Shown here: one piece after another, positions 16,384 through 26,708 of the stretch
Numbering within the stretch: the stretch's first letter is position 1
Layout of the letters: every line of letters begins with the position of its first letter
From: an uncultured Planctomycetaceae bacterium
GTDB taxonomy: Bacteria; Planctomycetota; Phycisphaerae; Sedimentisphaerales; UBA12454
NCBI GenBank assembly: GCA_964449435.1
Contig: CAYUYR010000008.1
Location: 6,038-70,037 of the forward strand
Direction: 5' to 3'
DNA: 64,000 bases
Translations under genes and position numbers: made by a program
The notes under the pieces: model-generated
Told to the model about the DNA's origin: nothing
Database searches by the model: none
The model's input: the letters and a program-made list of their open reading frames with translations, nothing else

Positions 16384-19300
16384 TTATTTGAATATTTTTT
16401 CGAGGCCTCTTTTTATCTGCTGTTCGAGCTCCTGCTGGAGCTGCTGTTCGAGCAGTTTGCTCATATCGATTTCCGGTTTGTCAACTGTGCCTTTTAGAGG
16501 CAGCCTGACTCTCTGGCCGCTGCGTGTCCAGGGAAGCGTAACGGTCATCTGCATAGATTTATCGAGACCGATTTGGCCGCTGAAATTGATGCTTTTGTCG
16601 TCGATGTTCATCTGCATATCATCATACCTGAGAATTCCATCGGCCAGTACGAACCTGCAGGGCAGAACGGCAATATTTGCATCGGGCGAGACACCGGCAA
16701 GCTGAACAATCTGACCAAGAAGCGACGAACCGCCGAGACGCATATCGTCGATGGAAAAGGTGCCGGTTACTTCGATGGCATTTTTGTAGCCGGTCTGGAG
16801 CGGAAAAGCGATTTTCTCGCTGTCGAAACTCAGGATGCCTGAAATATCGGAGGCATCGGCAAAGAGCGGATTTACATATCGAAGCAGTGCATCTGTAGTT
16901 TGGCGGGTGATTTGAATCTTGTCGAATATTTTTACCGGGCCGGGAGTTCTGATTATCGCAGGCTTTTCCTTAAAATCGGCAGAGGCTGCAAAACTGAGCA
17001 TACCTTTGTTGACAGTGCTTGAAAACGGCGCGATTGTCATCATACCCTTGTCGATGTTCACATTAAATTCGCTTTTGCCGATATTCAGGCCCACATACTC
17101 GGCGGTGTCGAAGCCGAAAGATGTTTTTGTGCTGAGATTTGACGTAAAAAGAGCCGAGTTTTGTTTGGGATAGGTTGTTACAAACGATATCGAATCGCTT
17201 CTTTTGCCTGTTGCGGAAAAACCGCTCGGTAGAAACGGCGAAATAAGCGAGCTTGCCGCGGCAAGGTCGTAATCGGCCTTGAGCGAGCCTTCGGTTTTTA
17301 TGTTCCGGCCGAGCTCGGCGTTTGAGAGTTTGCCGGACAGTTTTATTTGCGGACTTACGAGCTGAAGTTTTTCGATGGTGTAAATTTTTTCGGCGGTGTC
17401 GAACCTGCCGCTGAAAGCGATGTTCATATATTCCTGAGAAAAAGGCTGCCTGTCGGGATAGGCAAGGTTGAAATTTTTTACGGTTATCTGTTTTACAATC
17501 GCATCGATAATATTTTCTTTAATATTCAGTGCGACATCGCCCTGCGCGAAGCCTGCAAGCTGCATTTTCGGGTTGAGTTTCCCGAAAGTTCGCAAATACG
17601 GCAGAGCTTTAGCAATCTCGATAGCCATATCGGCGTTTATCTGCACCTGACTGACGGTATCGGAGCCGAGAGGAATTCGAGAATCCCTCAGGTTCAGCCT
17701 GCCCGGCGAGGCGGTAATGTCTGCGGATTTGACGTAGAGCTGTTTCTTTTCGAAATCGGAAGTAAAATCGTATTTTATATTCGCGGCCGGCTCGGAGATT
17801 TCGCCGCCGTCGGGCATTTTTACTAAAACATTGCTTAACGCCCCGCTGCCCGCGCTGCTGAGTATGCCTTTTACAAAAGAGCCTCGGCCCGTAAGATTGG
17901 CATCGCCGATGAGGAGCGGTTTTATCTCGATAAACTGTCCGACGTCGCTTTGCATTTTGGCAAGGTCGAGACGGGCTGTGTAATTCATATTGTCCGTTGT
18001 GCCGCTGAGGTTTGCTTTTACGAAAGACGAATCGACGGCAAGTTTTTCAACGGTTATCTTGTCTTTCTGCGAAATGATTTTGGCGTCAACTTCGACGGGC
18101 TTGGAAAGGATAATCCGTTTTATGGGGAATTTTCCTTCGAGCGCCCAGAGCTTGATTTTGCCGGTGAGCGTTCTTTTGCCGTCCTGCGCTTCGGTATTGA
18201 TATTGCCGCTCAGCCTGCCGTAGTTTATGTCGAAATCCTCTTTGAATCCCGCTATTGTTTTCACCTGCTTGAATGTTTTAGCAACATCACAGTCAAATAT
18301 AGCGTGCAGATTATCGGTAGAATCCGGTTTTAGAAAATCCTCGAAGCTGCGCATTGTTTTCGGAATAGTTCCCTCGACATCGGCGAACAAGCCGTCGGCT
18401 TCGACTTTAAGCCGAGCGATATTTATCGCTTTGTCAGTCGTATTAAGTTTTATATCGGCCTGGAGTTTTGAGGTCTGGATTCTGTCGCCTTTTAGAAAAT
18501 CTCCTCCGACGTCAAGGGCATCAGCTTTTACTTTACCCTGAAGATTTTCAAACAATCCTTTCTGGAGTTTCGCTTCGACGGTTGCGTCGAACCTGCCTTT
18601 GGCGATGGCATTAACATCGAGGGCGGCAAACAGCGAGCCGAGCGTTGAAAGGTCGAGGTCGTTGACTTCAAGCATAATCCGGCCGCTCGTTCCCGCGAGC
18701 GACCAGCCCTTTTTGGCAGTCTTTATATCGCCGGACGCCTTGATTTGCGATTCTTCATCGGCTGATGCAACCGTCATTGAGACATCGAAATCGCTTTTGC
18801 TGCCGAGCGGTTTTATCGCAAGTTTGCTGTTTATGTCCCGAAGTTCGAGTATTTGCGCAACATCGTTGGCGTCGGCGGCAATAAATTTGAAATTACCCTC
18901 GTTTATAGTCAAATTTATCCGCTCGACAGCCAGTACAGCGGCGGCAGGCGACGGCTGCATTTGCGACTGCGATGGTTTCAGTTCAGGTGCCTGAGTTTTT
19001 CTCCTTGCACAGCGGCCGGTAGTGTCTATTGAGACTGTCGGCTGGTCTATAACGGCTTTGTTAATCGCCAGTTTTCCCGTCAGAAGCGAAAAATATCGCG
19101 GCCAAGCGGCAATCTGCCTTGCGGTAATCTTCGTACAGCCCGTGTCGTTGGTAAAATCGAATTTCTGCACCTTTACGCCGTCAAACCAGCCCATCGAGAA
19201 AGCGTCAACTTTTACTTTTCCGTCAATCGCACTGTTGACTTTGCCAAGAATCAGATTTTTTCCGCTGTCGGAAGACAGATAAACCGGCACGGCAAAGAAC

Positions 19301-19410
19301 AATATCAGCAAAATCAGAACAAGCAGCAGCGATGCCCATAGAACAACATTTTTTATGGAGACTTTACGGCCGGTCTCTTTTTGAGCATTATTTTCGGTCT
19401 GCATTTGCAA
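16384..19410 (-). CDS. AsmA/TamB-like large envelope protein
   Basis: 1008 aa. An N-terminal TM anchor (VVLWASLLLVLILLILFFAVPVYL) is followed by a long, repetitive, beta-rich body typical of AsmA-family proteins. Confidence 0.6.
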   Translation of the reverse strand: MQMQTENNAQKETGRKVSIKNVVLWASLLLVLILLILFFAVPVYLSSDSGKNLILGKVNSAIDGKVKVDAFSMGWFDGVKVQKFDFTNDTGCTKITARQIAAWPRYFSLLTGKLAINKAVIDQPTVSIDTTGRCARRKTQAPELKPSQSQMQPSPAAAVLAVERINLTINEGNFKFIAADANDVAQILELRDINSKLAIKPLGSKSDFDVSMTVASADEESQIKASGDIKTAKKGWSLAGTSGRIMLEVNDLDLSTLGSLFAALDVNAIAKGRFDATVEAKLQKGLFENLQGKVKADALDVGGDFLKGDRIQTSKLQADIKLNTTDKAINIARLKVEADGLFADVEGTIPKTMRSFEDFLKPDSTDNLHAIFDCDVAKTFKQVKTIAGFKEDFDINYGRLSGNINTEAQDGKRTLTGKIKLWALEGKFPIKRIILSKPVEVDAKIISQKDKITVEKLAVDSSFVKANLSGTTDNMNYTARLDLAKMQSDVGQFIEIKPLLIGDANLTGRGSFVKGILSSAGSGALSNVLVKMPDGGEISEPAANIKYDFTSDFEKKQLYVKSADITASPGRLNLRDSRIPLGSDTVSQVQINADMAIEIAKALPYLRTFGKLNPKMQLAGFAQGDVALNIKENIIDAIVKQITVKNFNLAYPDRQPFSQEYMNIAFSGRFDTAEKIYTIEKLQLVSPQIKLSGKLSNAELGRNIKTEGSLKADYDLAAASSLISPFLPSGFSATGKRSDSISFVTTYPKQNSALFTSNLSTKTSFGFDTAEYVGLNIGKSEFNVNIDKGMMTIAPFSSTVNKGMLSFAASADFKEKPAIIRTPGPVKIFDKIQITRQTTDALLRYVNPLFADASDISGILSFDSEKIAFPLQTGYKNAIEVTGTFSIDDMRLGGSSLLGQIVQLAGVSPDANIAVLPCRFVLADGILRYDDMQMNIDDKSINFSGQIGLDKSMQMTVTLPWTRSGQRVRLPLKGTVDKPEIDMSKLLEQQLQQELEQQIKRGLEKIFK

Positions 19411-19462
19411 CCCCTCACAAAAGAAATTAAAAACAGGAAACTAAAAAACCAAAACTGATATG

Positions 19463-20023
19463 TCAGCTTTCCATAACTTCATCTGTTTTGGCCTTTACAG
19501 CCTTGTCGATTCCGTCTGTATATTGTCTGGTAAGGTCGTCAATTTCTTTCTTGCCGTGGTCGCGGTCGTCTTCGGTAAGAGTTTTCGCTTTTTGGGCGTC
19601 GTCGAGTTTTTTGTTCGCGTCTCTCCTGATATTACGGATGCTGACCTTCGCCTGTTCGCCAAGCTGCTTGACCTGCGAGGCGAGCTGGGTTCTTCTTTCT
19701 CCGGACAGCGGCGGGACGCTGAGCCTGATAATTTTGCCGTCCGACATCGGAGCGATGGAAAGGTCGCTGCTTTTAATCGCTTTTTCGATATCCTTTATGG
19801 ATGCGGGGTCGAACGGTTTGATGACGAGCATATTCGACTCAGGTATGGAAATAGTCGCAAGCTGCTTGAGCGGGGTCGGAGAGCCGTAATAATCGACTTT
19901 TAGATTTTCGACAAGACCTGTGGACGCCCTGCCTGTTCTGACCGTTCTGAATTCGCTGTGGAGAAACTCGAACGCTTTTTCCATAAGCTGTTTGTGCTCG
20001 CTTACAATTTTTTGTGTCGGCAT
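19463..20023 (-). CDS. frr: Ribosome recycling factor
   Basis: 186 aa with VRTGRASTGLVENLKVDYYG. Confidence 0.95.
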   Translation of the reverse strand: MPTQKIVSEHKQLMEKAFEFLHSEFRTVRTGRASTGLVENLKVDYYGSPTPLKQLATISIPESNMLVIKPFDPASIKDIEKAIKSSDLSIAPMSDGKIIRLSVPPLSGERRTQLASQVKQLGEQAKVSIRNIRRDANKKLDDAQKAKTLTEDDRDHGKKEIDDLTRQYTDGIDKAVKAKTDEVMES

Positions 20024-20041
20024 AACCTGCTCCTGTCAAAA

Positions 20042-20758
20042 TTAAGAGATAATCGTACCGATTTTTTCGCCGAGAAGAGCCTTTGTGATATTGCCCTTCT
20101 GAAAGATGTTCAGCACAATAACCGGAATTTTGTTTTCACTGCATAAACTTACCGCGGAATGGTCCATAACCCGCAGGTTTTTGTTCAGCAAATCCTGATA
20201 TTCAAGTTTATCGAAAAGCTTTGCTTTCGGATTCTTAATCGGGTCGGCGTCATAAACGCCGTCAACTTTCGTCGCCTTGATAAGCACATCGACGTCAAGC
20301 TCGGAAGCGCGAAGTGCTGCACAGGTATCAGTGGAAAAGAACGGATTTCCCGTTCCGCCGGCGAGGATAGTAACCCTGCCCTGTTCGAGATGTCTTAACG
20401 CCCTTCTTCGAATAAACGGCTCGCAAATGGCCGAAACTTCTATCGCGCTCAAAACCCGTGTCGGCTGACCCATTTTTTCGAGCGTTTCCTGCAAGGCGCA
20501 GGCGTTGATGACCGTAGCTAACATTCCCATATAATCGGCGGTATGACGGGGGATATGGCTTGATTTACTGAAAGTTTCGCCGCGGAGAAAATTGCCCGCT
20601 CCCACGACAACGGCGATTTGAGTGCCGAGCTTCTGGATTTGCTGAATTCTTTCGGCAATCGAGGCGAGAGATTCACCTTCAATACCGAATCCGCCGCTTT
20701 TACAAAAGCTTTCGCCGCTGATTTTCAGCAGGACACGTTTGTATTTCAATTCGCCCAT
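20042..20758 (-). CDS. pyrH: UMP kinase
   Basis: 238 aa with VLLKISGE and VVGAGNFLRG. Confidence 0.95.
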   Translation of the reverse strand: MGELKYKRVLLKISGESFCKSGGFGIEGESLASIAERIQQIQKLGTQIAVVVGAGNFLRGETFSKSSHIPRHTADYMGMLATVINACALQETLEKMGQPTRVLSAIEVSAICEPFIRRRALRHLEQGRVTILAGGTGNPFFSTDTCAALRASELDVDVLIKATKVDGVYDADPIKNPKAKLFDKLEYQDLLNKNLRVMDHSAVSLCSENKIPVIVLNIFQKGNITKALLGEKIGTIIS

Positions 20759-20793
20759 CCGTGTGTTCCTGTCTTTTAACGGAGCTTATTATA

Positions 20794-21669
20794 TTATCCG
20801 ATTGCGAATCGTACAAATCTTTTTATTTTAGCTGTTCCGCCGGCCGCTTTGGCGGCGTCGGCAAGTACTTTCTCGACAGAGACTTTCTCGTCCTTTACGA
20901 AACCCTGGGACAACAGACAATTTTCAGCAAAAAATTTGTTCATCTTGCCGTCAACAATTTTGCCGATGATATTGGCGGGTTTGTCCTTTGCCTGTTCGGC
21001 GGCAATCGCTCTTTCGCGTTCGATTACATCGGCGGCAATGCCGGACTTATCCAGCGAAAGCGGATTAACGGCGGCAATGTGCATCGCGATGTCTTTCGCG
21101 ATTGTTTTGAACTGTTCATTGTCGGCAACGGCCTGCGTGCTCGTTTCGTATTCGACCATAACACCGATTTTACCGTTGAAGTGGACATAAACGGCGATAC
21201 TTCCGGCGCTTTCGAGTTTAAATTTCGCGAAATTTCCGACTTCGGTTTTTTCGCCGGTCTTGCTGACACATTCGGTTAAACAATCGGAGAATTTCTTTCC
21301 GTCTTTTTCGGTACCGAGCAGATTTTCAACGCCATCGGCCGCTTTGCAGGCAAGCAGATAACCGCCCATTACATCGGCAGCGGCGACAAAGGCATCGGTC
21401 TTGGCAACAAAATCGGTCTCACAGCAGAGCGTTGCGAGCGCGGCCTCTTTGCCGTCGGGACTTGAAACGCATATTACCTTACCTTCGGAGGCCTGCTTGT
21501 CCGCCCTTTTGGCGAGAGTCGCAAGTCCTTTTTTACGCAGAGCAGTCATCGCCTCTTCGAGATTTCCATTGTTTTCCTCAAGGGCTTTTTTGCAGTCCAT
21601 CATTCCCTGACCGCTCATTTTTCTCAATTTTACAACTAATGCAGCATCTATTTCTGCCATTTTAGACAA
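20794..21669 (-). CDS. tsf: Translation elongation factor Ts
   Basis: 291 aa with VKLRKMSGQGMMDCKKALEE. Confidence 0.95.
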   Translation of the reverse strand: MSKMAEIDAALVVKLRKMSGQGMMDCKKALEENNGNLEEAMTALRKKGLATLAKRADKQASEGKVICVSSPDGKEAALATLCCETDFVAKTDAFVAAADVMGGYLLACKAADGVENLLGTEKDGKKFSDCLTECVSKTGEKTEVGNFAKFKLESAGSIAVYVHFNGKIGVMVEYETSTQAVADNEQFKTIAKDIAMHIAAVNPLSLDKSGIAADVIERERAIAAEQAKDKPANIIGKIVDGKMNKFFAENCLLSQGFVKDEKVSVEKVLADAAKAAGGTAKIKRFVRFAIG

Positions 21670-21749
21670 TCTCCTGAATATTAAATTTTAGTATTTACAC
21701 AAAGGCCGTACTTTTTACCGCGGTACGGTCTTTTTCGCAGCGTCTAAAC

Positions 21750-22568
21750 TTATGCAGATTGGCCTGTCGTCGGGGTCTGTGCGGGTTCTTTTTCCGCTTC
21801 TGCAGCGATTTCAGCATCTGAGGCCCTTGCAAGAGAACGTCTGCGGACGCGTGGTTTTCGGCCTTCTTCGTCCTTGGCCGATGCCTTGTACATAGTTTTG
21901 CCCTCGGCAACCGCCAAAGCAAGCTCGCCGAAAATAATATCTATCGCCTTAACCGAATCGTCATTGCCCGGTATCGGAATATCGACCAAATCCGGATTCG
22001 AGTCGGTATCAATAATGCCGATTGTCGGAACTCCCATTTTTTTAGCTTCACGAAGAGCAAGAATTTCTCTTCTTGCATCAGCAACCACAATGACTCCCGG
22101 TATCTGGCTCATTTTGCGAACGCCCTCAAGATTCGATTTGACCTTGCGAAGCTCGCGTTTGAGCGTAGAAGCGCGTTTTTTGCTTTCAGATTCGATTGAG
22201 CCGTCCAGCGCCATAGCTTCAAGCTCGTCAAGCCTCTGAATTCTCGAGTGTATAGTCCTGAAATTCGTGAGTGTTCCGCCCAGCCAGCGTGTGGTAATAT
22301 AATGCATTCCGGTCGCCTCGGCGGCGGACCTGGCGGCCTTTTTCGCCTGCCGCTTGGTGCCGACAAATACGACGTCTTTGCCGCTTGTCACAATATCGCT
22401 CAAAAGCTTTTTGGCAAGAATAATGCCTTTAAGCGTTTCACGGACGTTAATAATATGAACCATACCCCTGCGGGAATAAACATACGGTTTCATTTTGGGA
22501 TTCCACCGACTGACAGTATGACCGAAATGCACACCGGCAGTAATCAGATTACGAGCCAAATCAGCCAC
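21750..22568 (-). CDS. rpsB: 30S ribosomal protein S2
   Basis: GTG start preceded by GGAGG. HFGHTVSRWNPKM motif. Charged C-terminal tail. Confidence 0.95.
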   Translation of the reverse strand: MADLARNLITAGVHFGHTVSRWNPKMKPYVYSRRGMVHIINVRETLKGIILAKKLLSDIVTSGKDVVFVGTKRQAKKAARSAAEATGMHYITTRWLGGTLTNFRTIHSRIQRLDELEAMALDGSIESESKKRASTLKRELRKVKSNLEGVRKMSQIPGVIVVADARREILALREAKKMGVPTIGIIDTDSNPDLVDIPIPGNDDSVKAIDIIFGELALAVAEGKTMYKASAKDEEGRKPRVRRRSLARASDAEIAAEAEKEPAQTPTTGQSA

Positions 22569-22632
22569 TAAATATGACCTCCAAAATATTAATTCTTTCT
22601 ATTGTTATTGACGCAAAACTAGAGAACAGAGC

Positions 22633-22661
22633 ACTTTACTTGAGAGAGGCCATACTGTCAA
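22633..22661 (-). promoter_or_regulatory. Putative sigma-70 promoter of the rpsB-tsf-pyrH-frr operon
   Basis: Minus strand: TTGACA (22661..22656), 17-nt spacer, TAAAGT (22638..22633). Confidence 0.45.
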
Positions 22662-22807
22662 GTTTTTTTGTCCGGTTTAATATAAGACCTAAAAACTCTT
22701 GTTTGCTTGTTTTTTATATCATTTTTCTATTGAATATAAATAATGCCTGAAATAGAATATAATTACTGTCTATATAACAGGTTATATAATAGGAAACGGA
22801 CTGAAAA

Positions 22808-24625
22808 ATGGCCGCTAATTCGGAAACTGAACGTGACCCGCTGGTAAGCCTCGCCTCTGCCGACAGTTCTGCTTTTCTGCTCCTGTACGACATATATTAC
22901 GAGAAAATATTTAGTCTATGTCTTGCTCGCCTGCACTCCAAACAGATTACCGAAGATATGACCAGCGTAGTTTTCGTCCAGGCGGCCCGAAATATCAGAC
23001 GTTTTCGGGGTAAAACAAGGACGGATTTCATCGATTGGCTTGCTGCCATCGCTACAGACCAAATAAATCGCAGCTTAAAAGACAAAGAATTCGCGGAACT
23101 TGTAAATAAACTGACTATCGATTCAGCTATAACGCCCGATGCCGGCCATAAAGACAAACTTCGCGCAAAGATACTTGCCGCGTTCGACTCGGCCGACAAA
23201 AATATCAGCAGGATATTTTTGTATTCTGTAATTGCCGTGGTGATTCTGATTATAGCCGGTATTCTTCTACGACCCGCCAAATCCCCTGTCCAACAGCCTG
23301 TCGCACAGAAGCATCTGAAAAAAACAACCGCTGTTTCTCCGGCTCCGATAATCGAAATAAGATCGTCGCGGGAAAGTCCGAAGTCACGGCTCGAAATAAT
23401 AGAACAGCTTGCCGATGAAGAAAATATCGATGAGCTTTTGAAGATACTCAGGCAAGGCGACGCTGCGTCGCGACTGCTGGCGGCAAAATACCTTGCGGAG
23501 CTTACGGACTCCAACGCCGCTGAAATTTTGAGACTCGGCGCTCTGCCGGAACAGATGGATGAAACAAACACTATCGGCGGGGTTGTAAAAAATCAGGAAC
23601 TCGAACCGATACAAGGCGCGGAAGTAAAAGTGCTCGCAGATACCGAAACTGCGCGTAATCAGCTTGTCGGAGTGTTTAAAACGGACGTAAACGGCCTTTG
23701 GCGATGCGAAAGTTTTCCGAAAAACGCGGCCGGAGCGTCTATAACGGCGGTGCATCCGGATTATCTTCCGATGGAAATTTATCAGCAGGCCGCAATCAAG
23801 CAGCTAAAAAACTTTTCATTCGAGACCATTCTCGAAAGCGGCGTTACGGTTGTCGGCAGAGCAATCGACCAACAGCAAAATCCTCTGCAGGCAACGATAA
23901 TCAAGGGGCCTTTTGAAAGCGGCGACGAGAATGTCCAAACCTGCGACGCGGACGGCTGGTTCCGTTTCGATAATGTTACGCCGGGCGTCGAAGTCTTTAC
24001 CGCACAGTATTCCGGATTCAGGCCGCAGGTGCTGCCGGTCGAAATTAAAACGGATATGCCGCCTGTTATTTTTACTCTCGAAACGGGAAGTATCATTCGC
24101 GGAATCGTCGTTAATACCGACAATTTTCCTTTGGAAAACGCTGCTGTTAAAGTTTCATCCTGGCAGGGAGTCAGGTCTTTAAACTTCGAAACAAAAACAG
24201 ATATGAACGGATACTTCGAGTGGCTGGACGCTCCGGAAGACGAGGTTTTGTTCGATATACAAGCTGAAGGCTATATGAGTGTCCAAAAATTTCCAATGAA
24301 AAGCAGAGACGATGATTATGTAATTACGCTTTCACTCCCGTCCACAATCGGCGGCAGTGTGACCAGCAGCGAATCGGATATACCGGTAGAAAGTTTTAAG
24401 ATAACCGTCGGCTATTACTTCGATGAGGCCAATGTCTCCTGGCAGGAATCAAACTCATCGACATTTGCCGAACTTAACTATCAACTGATAATAACCGAGC
24501 CCGTTGATTTCCAGTTAAAGGTAGAAGCAGATGGGTTCGAGCCTGCCGAATCGCCGGTTTTCTACCACGAGCAGGATATTTTCTACTATGATTTCGTTCT
24601 TGAGCCGATAAAACCACTGCCCTGA
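22808..24625 (+). CDS. Membrane protein with sigma-70 region-2-only N-domain, HEAT-like segment and CarboxypepD_reg-like repeats
   Basis: The N-terminus SAFLLLYDIYYEKIFSLCLARL...EDMTSVVFVQAARNIRRFRGKTRTDFIDWLAAIATDQINR resembles ECF region 2, and no region 4 HTH follows. One TM helix (IFLYSVIAVVILIIAGILL). At least three modules such as IRGIVVNTDNFPLENAAVKV...TDMNGYFEW. Confidence 0.7.
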   Translation: MAANSETERDPLVSLASADSSAFLLLYDIYYEKIFSLCLARLHSKQITEDMTSVVFVQAARNIRRFRGKTRTDFIDWLAAIATDQINRSLKDKEFAELVNKLTIDSAITPDAGHKDKLRAKILAAFDSADKNISRIFLYSVIAVVILIIAGILLRPAKSPVQQPVAQKHLKKTTAVSPAPIIEIRSSRESPKSRLEIIEQLADEENIDELLKILRQGDAASRLLAAKYLAELTDSNAAEILRLGALPEQMDETNTIGGVVKNQELEPIQGAEVKVLADTETARNQLVGVFKTDVNGLWRCESFPKNAAGASITAVHPDYLPMEIYQQAAIKQLKNFSFETILESGVTVVGRAIDQQQNPLQATIIKGPFESGDENVQTCDADGWFRFDNVTPGVEVFTAQYSGFRPQVLPVEIKTDMPPVIFTLETGSIIRGIVVNTDNFPLENAAVKVSSWQGVRSLNFETKTDMNGYFEWLDAPEDEVLFDIQAEGYMSVQKFPMKSRDDDYVITLSLPSTIGGSVTSSESDIPVESFKITVGYYFDEANVSWQESNSSTFAELNYQLIITEPVDFQLKVEADGFEPAESPVFYHEQDIFYYDFVLEPIKPLP

Positions 24626-24741
24626 CAAGATTTTTCTTCATAACATCCTATTTAGGTGTAAAAATGTCGCAAATCAGCTTTTACGGCATTAAAAAATATA
24701 AATATGATGCAATATCCCAAACCCCCTAAACGTCTATATTA

Positions 24742-25296
24742 GTGAAAAAACGAGAAATGGCCTCTCCAGATACAGTTAAAGACATTGTTTTACTCGCCCG
24801 CAGAGGCGATAAACAGGCTTTTTCACAACTGGTTGATATTTACTCAAGTCCTTTTTACGGCTACTTTTATAGACTGACAGGCAACAGGGACGAGGCAAAC
24901 GAACTTCTCGGTGAGCTCTTTTTAAAATTGGTTGGAAAAATCGGTTCCTGCCGGCCTGAAACCTTCGAGGCCTGGCTCTTTAAAATAGCTTCGAATCTGT
25001 TTACCGATTACTTGCGAACCAAAAAACGGCGGCAAAAAATGCTTTCGCATATCGAAGAACAGGTACAGCAAGAGGCACAAATGTCCGAAAAGGACGATTT
25101 TTTGGCCGATAAGCTGGCAAGGCAGTTGTGGAAGCTCGAGCCTGAAACAGCCGAAATTATCGTTATGCGTTATTATTCGCAGCTCAGTTTCGAAGAATTG
25201 GCTCAAATGCGAAAAGAACCTATCGGCACTGTGCTTTCAAAAGTGCACCGCGGCCTTAAAAAGCTGCGGCAGTTAATGGAAGATTCAGATGACTGA
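24742..25296 (+). CDS. ECF-type RNA polymerase sigma factor
   Basis: 184 aa from GTG 24742 (ATG 24757 is an alternative). Region 2 reads FSQLVDIYSSPFYGYFYRLTGNRDEANELLGELFLKL...AWLFKIASNLFTDYLR. Region 4 reads IIVMRYYSQLSFEELAQMRKEPIGTVLSKVHRGLKKL. Confidence 0.9.
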   Translation: MKKREMASPDTVKDIVLLARRGDKQAFSQLVDIYSSPFYGYFYRLTGNRDEANELLGELFLKLVGKIGSCRPETFEAWLFKIASNLFTDYLRTKKRRQKMLSHIEEQVQQEAQMSEKDDFLADKLARQLWKLEPETAEIIVMRYYSQLSFEELAQMRKEPIGTVLSKVHRGLKKLRQLMEDSDD

Positions 25297-25780
25297 AAAT
25301 AAAAAAGAAAATATCGACAATTTATTATCGCGATTCTATCGGGCCGACGAACTCGAACAGATAAAAATCGACCTGACGGAAGGAGATAATCTGTTTGGAA
25401 AATATCCTGCGCCGCAGGTTTCGCAGGAAGTTATCGACGACATAAAACTAAAAATCGGAAAAAAACAAAGGCGAGCTTCTTTTTCATCTGTTCTCGTTAA
25501 AACGGCGGCTGCGGCGGCTATTGTTATTATCGGCGCCGTAATTCTAACGCAAAATATAGAGCAAAGACCTGTAAGCTATACACAAAACGGCTATCAGGCG
25601 GCTCTGGCAAAAGTTGATAATAATATAGCCTCACTCGAAAAGGAGATTGCGCTTCTCAGGGACGAGCTTATCGCTATTCGCCTTAACGAAGATAACGGCA
25701 CAAATGGACGGCTCGCCGAGGCGATTAATAATGTTGACGCTGAAATAATAGAAACTGAAAGTTTATTTTGGAAAGGATAG
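25289..25780 (+). CDS. Putative anti-sigma / single-pass membrane protein
   Basis: Overlaps the sigma gene stop by 8 nt. 163 aa with one TM helix (VKTAAAAAIVIIGAVIL). No recognisable family motif. Confidence 0.5.
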   Translation: MTENKKENIDNLLSRFYRADELEQIKIDLTEGDNLFGKYPAPQVSQEVIDDIKLKIGKKQRRASFSSVLVKTAAAAAIVIIGAVILTQNIEQRPVSYTQNGYQAALAKVDNNIASLEKEIALLRDELIAIRLNEDNGTNGRLAEAINNVDAEIIETESLFWKG

Positions 25781-25785
25781 AAAAA

Positions 25786-26655
25786 ATGAAAACGTCTGTA
25801 AAAATAATGCTGTTGTCTTTGCCTGTTTTTCTTCTTGCAGTTTACACGGTACAGGCTCAAGAAGCAGAATCTGATACTCCGCCCGGAATAAGAATAGAAC
25901 CTGCGGGCGAAGCGGACAGGCAAACAGAAATGCGAGGCGATGACTACTTTGAAAACCTTCTCGAAAAAATCAGGCAGGACGAGCCGGAGGAAGCCGCAAG
26001 GCTCGAAAAACTCCGCGATGAAGACCCAAGAACCTTTCGCAGGGAAATGCGAAACGTTATGCGGAAGCAAAGACCGTCGATAGATTCTCGCCGAGGGGCG
26101 GATATGGAAAGCGATACGGAAGGACATATTGGAATGATGAATCGGGAGAAAGTGCGCGAGCGTATGCAGGCAAGGGAAAATGAGCTCATCTCCTGGCTCG
26201 AAAAGAACGAACCGGCAAAGGCAAAGGAACTGGCTGCCCTGAAGACATCGGACCCGCCGGCCTATAGAAGAAGAATGATGTTCGAGGTGAGAACTTATCG
26301 GCAAATTCTCGAAGCCGAGCAAAGCAATCCGGCTCTGGGCGAAGTGCTCAAACAGGATATTACGCTGAGACAGAAACGCAATGAGCTGCTCGAAAAAATC
26401 AAAGGCACAACCAATGAAAAACAAAAAGCATCGCTAACAAAACAGCTCGAAGAGGTAATCGGCCAAAGATTCGATTTGATTGTTCAGAAAAAACAGCTCA
26501 AGTACGAAGAACTTCAAAAAAGACTTGAAGATTTGCAGCAAATAGTGAACAAGAGTCAGGCCGAACTCGAAACGCTGAAAAGCAAGAAAGCAGAGCAAAC
26601 AGAAAAACACCTTGAGGAACTGCTGATCCAGTCTGAAAAAATCGACTGGGATTAA
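25786..26655 (+). CDS. Secreted charged coiled-coil protein, function unknown
   Basis: Start MKTSVKIMLLSLPVFLLAVYTVQAQ (signal peptide). The remainder is highly charged and helical (E/R/K-rich). Confidence 0.6.
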   Translation: MKTSVKIMLLSLPVFLLAVYTVQAQEAESDTPPGIRIEPAGEADRQTEMRGDDYFENLLEKIRQDEPEEAARLEKLRDEDPRTFRREMRNVMRKQRPSIDSRRGADMESDTEGHIGMMNREKVRERMQARENELISWLEKNEPAKAKELAALKTSDPPAYRRRMMFEVRTYRQILEAEQSNPALGEVLKQDITLRQKRNELLEKIKGTTNEKQKASLTKQLEEVIGQRFDLIVQKKQLKYEELQKRLEDLQQIVNKSQAELETLKSKKAEQTEKHLEELLIQSEKIDWD

Positions 26656-26680
26656 AAACTCTTAATACGGTTATTCAAAA

Positions 26681-26708
26681 AGCCCCTTCGCTCGAAGGGG
26701 CTTTTTTT
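26681..26708. terminator. Bidirectional rho-independent terminator
   Basis: aaaaAGCCCCTTCgctcGAAGGGGCTtttttt lies between convergent genes ending at 26655 (+) and 26707 (-). Confidence 0.8.

Noticed and set aside
22897-23571. 224-aa minus-strand ORF (and similar ones at 5901-6473, 6776-7174, 16388-19282, 53613-54134)
   Set aside because: All are antisense shadows of confidently identified genes. Their Ser/Ala/Arg-rich translations lack family signatures.
25594-26424. 276-aa ORF on the minus strand
   Set aside because: It is antisense to the putative anti-sigma and secreted coiled-coil genes, which have a signal peptide and operon logic. The translation is Cys/Phe/Arg-rich nonsense with no motifs.
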